Assembly (NCBI GenBank): GCA_965216725.1
Contig: CBDCGI010000005.1
Location: 82,016-146,015, forward strand
DNA: 64,000 nucleotides
DNA from: Acidimicrobiia bacterium
GTDB lineage: Bacteria > Actinomycetota > Acidimicrobiia > Spongiisociales > ZC4RG35
Direction: 5' to 3'
In this document: piece by piece, positions 59,833-64,000 of the stretch
Layout: every line of letters begins with the position of its first letter
How positions within the stretch are numbered: position 1 is the stretch's first letter
Made by a program: the position numbers and the translations under genes
The notes under the pieces: generated by a model
Database searches by the model: none
What the model was told of the DNA's origin: nothing
What the model saw: only the letters and a program-made list of their open reading frames with translations

Positions 59833-61385
59833 GGCCGGGAATCTTCAAGTCCGAACGAGGCGCCTCGGCGATCATGGTCGCCATTTCCGCGGTGTTGGTC
59901 ATGGGTGTCGCTGCGATCGCCATCGATGCAACCGGTTTCGGCTTCAACGAACGTCGCCAGGCACAGGCAGCCGCTGACACTTCTGTTATGGCCGGAGGAC
60001 TCGGATTCCTCCTGGCAGAGACCGAAACCACGAAAGTGACCAATGCCCTAGACGTGGCACGGGCCAACCTGAACGCCACGTACAGCGATGCTGAATGGCA
60101 GTCGTTGTGGGAAAACTGCGTCGACCCCGACCGCACAGCGGTGGACGTCGGGACCGGCACACCGGTGAGCTTCACACCCATGGCCAGCCCATGGGGAGGG
60201 ACACTCGACTGTGTCAGCCAATCGAGCAGCTTCATGAGGGTCAGGATCCCCGATCAGATATTCGCCACCAGCTTCGGGGGCGTGATCGGTGTCGACTCAC
60301 TGGAGACACATGCTGCTGCGGTCGCTCGCATCGAGCCGATCAGCGAGTTCGATGGTCTTCTGCCCTTCGGGATTCCTGGTGGCTCCGGCCCGGGCGAGCT
60401 TTGCCTCAGCACCAATCCTTCCGGACCGGCTCAGCCACCTTGCCAGGGACCCAACGGCGGAGGGTTCGGTGCGATCAATGCCGAGCTGTTCGGCGACTTC
60501 TTTGGAACTCCCAGTTGCTCCAACCCCGGCGCACCCGAGCTCGAACAGAACATCGCTCTCGGCATGGACCACTTCATCGACAAGTGGTCTGCAGCGGACG
60601 CCGGAGCTGAAGGAGTCACCTCCGGCTCACCACATCCTGGCGATGGGACAATCGGGGGCTATCAGAATGTCTCATTCGACCAGTGCCGTTTGGTCGGGGG
60701 ATCCGTCGTCCCTGAGGACCCGACTCACCAGTTTCCACCCAACACGCTTCGCGTTGACACCGGCTTCTCGCAGTCGAACGCGGTGGAGGATGCCCTCATC
60801 TCGAATAAGACGTACCTGGGTCAAAAGTCTCGACTGCAGGACACCACGAATCCGACTCGGAATCTCATCAAGAAGTCGACCGGGGGCACATCTACGGTTT
60901 ACGTAGTCGACAATCGGGGTCCATGGGATTACCTCACCGGCTCTGGGGATTGCGATTCCGCTTCATACTCCGGCCTGACTACGGACCAGAAGGTGGCGCT
61001 GTTCCATACCTGTCTCTCGAACTACTCGGGTACCGCAGACATTTTCGATTCCAACATCCGGCACTCGCCGAGATTCGGGTGGGCGCCTGAGTATTGGCAT
61101 GCGGCTTCAACATCGGGGACCTCGTGGCAACCGGTCAAGGAATACAACATGGTGTTCCTCGCAGGGCTCTGGTTCAATTGCGACGCTTCAACCTGTGAGG
61201 GAGTGTTCTACCCGGATACCGACGTGACCTCGGATCTTTGCCTGGTATTCGGTGGAGGATGCAAGGAACTAAGTCTTGGCCAGATGTCGGCATGGCTGCT
61301 TCCTAGCGAGGCAGTCCCGAATTCAGTTTCGTCATCCTTCCCGGGTGGCGAGGTTTCCCCGTTCTCGGTGGCACTCTTCCGCTGA
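59829..61385 (+). CDS. Large TadG-like secreted protein (pair 3; about 518 aa)
   Basis: SERGASAIMVAISAVLVMGVAAIAIDATGFGFNERRQAQAAAD. The ATG overlaps the upstream stop. The 754-aa ORF 59121..61385 is an artefactual extension. Confidence 0.6.
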   Translation: MRPGIFKSERGASAIMVAISAVLVMGVAAIAIDATGFGFNERRQAQAAADTSVMAGGLGFLLAETETTKVTNALDVARANLNATYSDAEWQSLWENCVDPDRTAVDVGTGTPVSFTPMASPWGGTLDCVSQSSSFMRVRIPDQIFATSFGGVIGVDSLETHAAAVARIEPISEFDGLLPFGIPGGSGPGELCLSTNPSGPAQPPCQGPNGGGFGAINAELFGDFFGTPSCSNPGAPELEQNIALGMDHFIDKWSAADAGAEGVTSGSPHPGDGTIGGYQNVSFDQCRLVGGSVVPEDPTHQFPPNTLRVDTGFSQSNAVEDALISNKTYLGQKSRLQDTTNPTRNLIKKSTGGTSTVYVVDNRGPWDYLTGSGDCDSASYSGLTTDQKVALFHTCLSNYSGTADIFDSNIRHSPRFGWAPEYWHAASTSGTSWQPVKEYNMVFLAGLWFNCDASTCEGVFYPDTDVTSDLCLVFGGGCKELSLGQMSAWLLPSEAVPNSVSSSFPGGEVSPFSVALFR

Positions 61386-61489
61386 CGCTCGACCGATACC
61401 GGTTGCCGTGATGGTGATCTCCCGGTAGTCTCACTCTCTGTGGCCGGCGATTACGCAGGCACACGACAGCGGAGCGGGAGGCACCCAAA

Positions 61490-61918
61490 TTGGGTCGGGC
61501 CACCGTGCGGGGAGACAACTGGGGAGGGGCCCTTGTGGAATTGGCCTTGCTCGCGCCTTTCCTCATCCTTTTGCTGCTCGGGTCAATCGATACTTCGCAC
61601 CTCCTGTTCACCCACCAGGATGTGCGGCATGCCGCGCGTGAAGCCGGGCGATTGGCTGCCACGGACGCCGGGGATACATCAACCATCGCCACACGGGTCT
61701 GTGATGCGATGGATAACTCGACGGGAGCACAAGTCGTCCTGTCCGGCGCTGCCGGGGGCCTTGGAGACGAGATCGAAGCTACGGTGTCGCGCCCAACAGA
61801 CACCTTGGTGGGTTTCGTCGACTGGGCATTCGACCCACCCGTCAATCTAAGTTCCACCGCCACGTTCCGGCTTGAAGTCACCACGGCGACCTGGACCGAC
61901 GGGACCGTCTCATGCTGA
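61490..61918 (+). CDS. TadE-like pseudopilin (pair 4, small; degenerate ERG motif)
   Basis: GDNWGGALVELALLAPFLILLLLGSID. Confidence 0.55.
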   Translation: MGRATVRGDNWGGALVELALLAPFLILLLLGSIDTSHLLFTHQDVRHAAREAGRLAATDAGDTSTIATRVCDAMDNSTGAQVVLSGAAGGLGDEIEATVSRPTDTLVGFVDWAFDPPVNLSSTATFRLEVTTATWTDGTVSC

Positions 61919-63451
61919 ACACGGATCGTGGAGCAAGCGCCGTCGTCATCGCACTCACCATGGTGGTCATCATGGGCTTCCTCGCCTTGGCGGTTGACAT
62001 CGGCTTCGGCTTCAATGAACGCCGCCAAGATCAGATCGGGGCCGACTCAGGTGCGACCGGCGGCTCGTTGGAGATGGTGGTTACCAGCCAGACCAACCCA
62101 GTTCAGGCCGCGGTGGACGAGATCTACGCGCTCGCCGATCAGAACCTGGGTCAGGGCCATCCCCCTTGCCGACTGGACCGGATGCACCGATTCCGAAGCT
62201 CTCTTCTACCTCTCTACAGACTCAATGTTCAACACCACGGACGCCTCACCATGCATCTCCCTGTCGTCCGATTTCAACACGATCCGAGTCCGCGTACCGA
62301 TCCAAGGGGTGCCCACGATTTTCGGGAAGTTCCTCGGTGCCGACACCATCGACGTCAGTGCGGCCGCAGAAGCGCAACGCAACATCGACTGGGGTGGGGG
62401 TGGCGACTTCCCGGCGGGTGTCTACAGCGGAACCAACGCTGGAGATCCTCTGTGCGTCAAGTTCGGACCTTCCGGCCATGAAACCTGCCAGGACCCCGAT
62501 TTGGGAAGCCCCACTGGAAGCTTTGGGATGTTCCTCCCCTACTTCTATTCGTCGGTCGCAGGTGACCTGAGCTCGATTTGCGTCAGTGGACAGCAGGCGC
62601 AGTCGATCGCGCGTGCCATGGCCGACGGCATCGACCACGAGTTCTCAGGTCATCTCGACCCGGCACTCGGGACCGGAGAGGACCGACGCAACGGTGAATG
62701 GTGCATGACCTCCAACACCCCCGGGCCGCCGTTCCCCAACATGGTCCGCAACGAGGCCGGGCTGCAGAAACAGGCTGTGACCATGGGTCTGGTCAAAGGT
62801 GGTACCTGGCCGGGATCAGCCAGCTATGCGGGCAGGCTGGACAGGGGGCCCTATCAGGACTCCGCCCACCTGGTGTTCGGGGTGGACCTGGATAATCGTC
62901 CTCTATGGGACTTCATCGACGACACGTTCGACTTCACGAGCGCTGGCGCCCCCACGTGCGACTTGGCCAAGGCACACCTCCCCATCGTCGATCGATCTGA
63001 GCGGGTGATAGCCATCACTGAAGCTTCAACTTGTCTCGCCGAGGCGATGGCGGCCGTGCCGAACCCGTTGCGGGTATTCACCACCGACATCCTGGCCTCG
63101 CAGCGGGTGGGACACTCGCCGCTTTTCTGGGAGACCGGGTACTGCGGCTTCAACTCCTGCTACTACCACATCAAAGGTCTGGTACCCATCTTCATCGATG
63201 GGCTTTGGGCGCAGACCTCACCGCCGTTCACCTGTAGCGGCGAATTCGTGGAGGACACCACGAACGGACTCTGTATCGCGTACGCCGGGACTCAAGGAAC
63301 GATGTTTGTCTCGTCTCCCGGACAACAGCGCATCGAGTCGACAAGCGCAATCGTCCTCGACTGTGCGCTGATGCCGGTCGGCACATGCCCCACCCTCCAG
63401 GACGGAACGGGGCCGCTCAACTTCCTCTACGACCTTCAACTGACCCGGTAG
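61912..63451 (+). pseudogene. Large TadG-like secreted protein (pair 4) interrupted by a frameshift in a C5 run at about 62161-62165 (or sequencing error / slippage)
   Basis: The N-terminal 83 aa (TDRGASAVVIALTMVVIMGFLALAVDIGFGFNERRQDQ) are in frame 1. The paralog-conserved continuation ...PLADWTGCTDSE... is in frame 2. Removing one C restores a single ~513-aa ORF. Confidence 0.55.
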
Positions 63452-63478
63452 CCCGCACCCTCCCATTTAGGCTGGTCC

Positions 63479-64000
63479 GGTGGTCGACCTACCCGAATAC
63501 CTGCCTGCCCTGATCACCCCCTTCACCTCCAGGGGCAACGTCGATGTGAAGGCGCATACCCACAATCTTCGTGTGCTTGCCGATCGCGGCATCGCCGGAT
63601 ACCTGATCGGCGGCTCCAACGGGGAGGGGCCCTATCTCGAAACCGGAGAAAGGGGTCGGCTGATCAAAGCCGGTCGGCGTCGCAAGGCACATTTCATGGC
63701 CGGGGTCACAGCCGAGACAACCCGGGCCGGGATCACGCAGGTCGACGAATGTGTGGATTCGGGAGCCGACACCCTTCTGGTCACAACCCCAACCACGTTG
63801 ACCCGGAACAATCAGGAGGCCGTGCTCGCTTACTACCGGACAGTTGCCGACCGAGCCAAGCGACCAGTCCTCATCTACTCGGTTCCCGCAGTCATGGGCT
63901 ACTCGATCCCAGTCGAGTTCGTGGAGAAGCTGTCCCGGCACCCGAACATCATCGGCATGAAGGACTCCAGCGGAGACGTCGTCCGGCTGCAGGCCATTCT
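63479..64000 (+). CDS. DapA/DHDPS-family lyase (4-hydroxy-tetrahydrodipicolinate synthase-like), 5' partial to window end
   Basis: LPALITPFTSRGNVDVKAHTHNLRVLADRGIAGYLIGGSNGEGPYLETGER is the DapA-family N-terminus. The ORF runs off the window end. Confidence 0.55.

Overview
This is a high-GC (~62%) segment of an actinobacterial-type chromosome. The lineage call is an inference from its gene content: Ino1, Bpa, WhiB, F420 CofC, MenA/B/E, and a split RNase H/histidine phosphatase. Most of the first 33 kb is core metabolism and envelope genes: sufB (3' partial), a DHA2 MFS pump, ino1, arfB, menE-menB-menA, ppdK, meaB-like, murA, rpiB, a TlpA/DsbB pair, tRNA-Glu(UUC)-gltX, ilvE, pgpA, cofC, rnhA and hppA. 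Three places deserve a second look.

1. An integrated element of about 7.3 kb sits at tRNA-Glu(CUC). It is bounded by a 46-bp direct repeat that is the 3' half of the tRNA (33537-33582 and 40851-40896). It carries a tyrosine integrase, an HTH/ImmA-like switch, a TM2 protein, lipoproteins, a low-GC metzincin, and a decayed remnant of a second related element (TM2' plus int' fragments). At its tRNA-proximal end it encodes a single-chain wHTH + GHKL (RsbW/SpoIIAB-like) ATPase + STAS/DUF4325-like protein behind a nested palindrome. This gene is the best candidate for an undescribed anti-phage or regulatory module.

2. A complete minus-strand tad/flp pilus operon (cpaB-cpaE-cpaF-tadB-tadC-flp-tadE-tadE-tadG-like) lies at 41.1-47.3 kb. 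Downstream of sdhCAB there is an unusual tandem array of four cognate pairs at 54.9-63.5 kb. Each pair is a small TadE-like pseudopilin followed by a large (480-590 aa) Cys-rich secreted TadG-like protein with a shared G(I/M)DH motif. The fourth large gene is frameshifted at a C5 run.

3. menE and menB, which are divergent menaquinone genes, both carry frame disruptions (one in menB, at least two in menE). These are either pseudogenes or local assembly errors.

Smaller oddities include a lysyl-oxidase-like secreted copper amine oxidase homolog, two families of palindromic intergenic repeats, a ~3-unit tandem repeat in the MFS promoter region, and tandem zinc-ribbon paralogs. No CRISPR array or rRNA was seen. 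All calls rest on reading the translations by eye; no searches were run.
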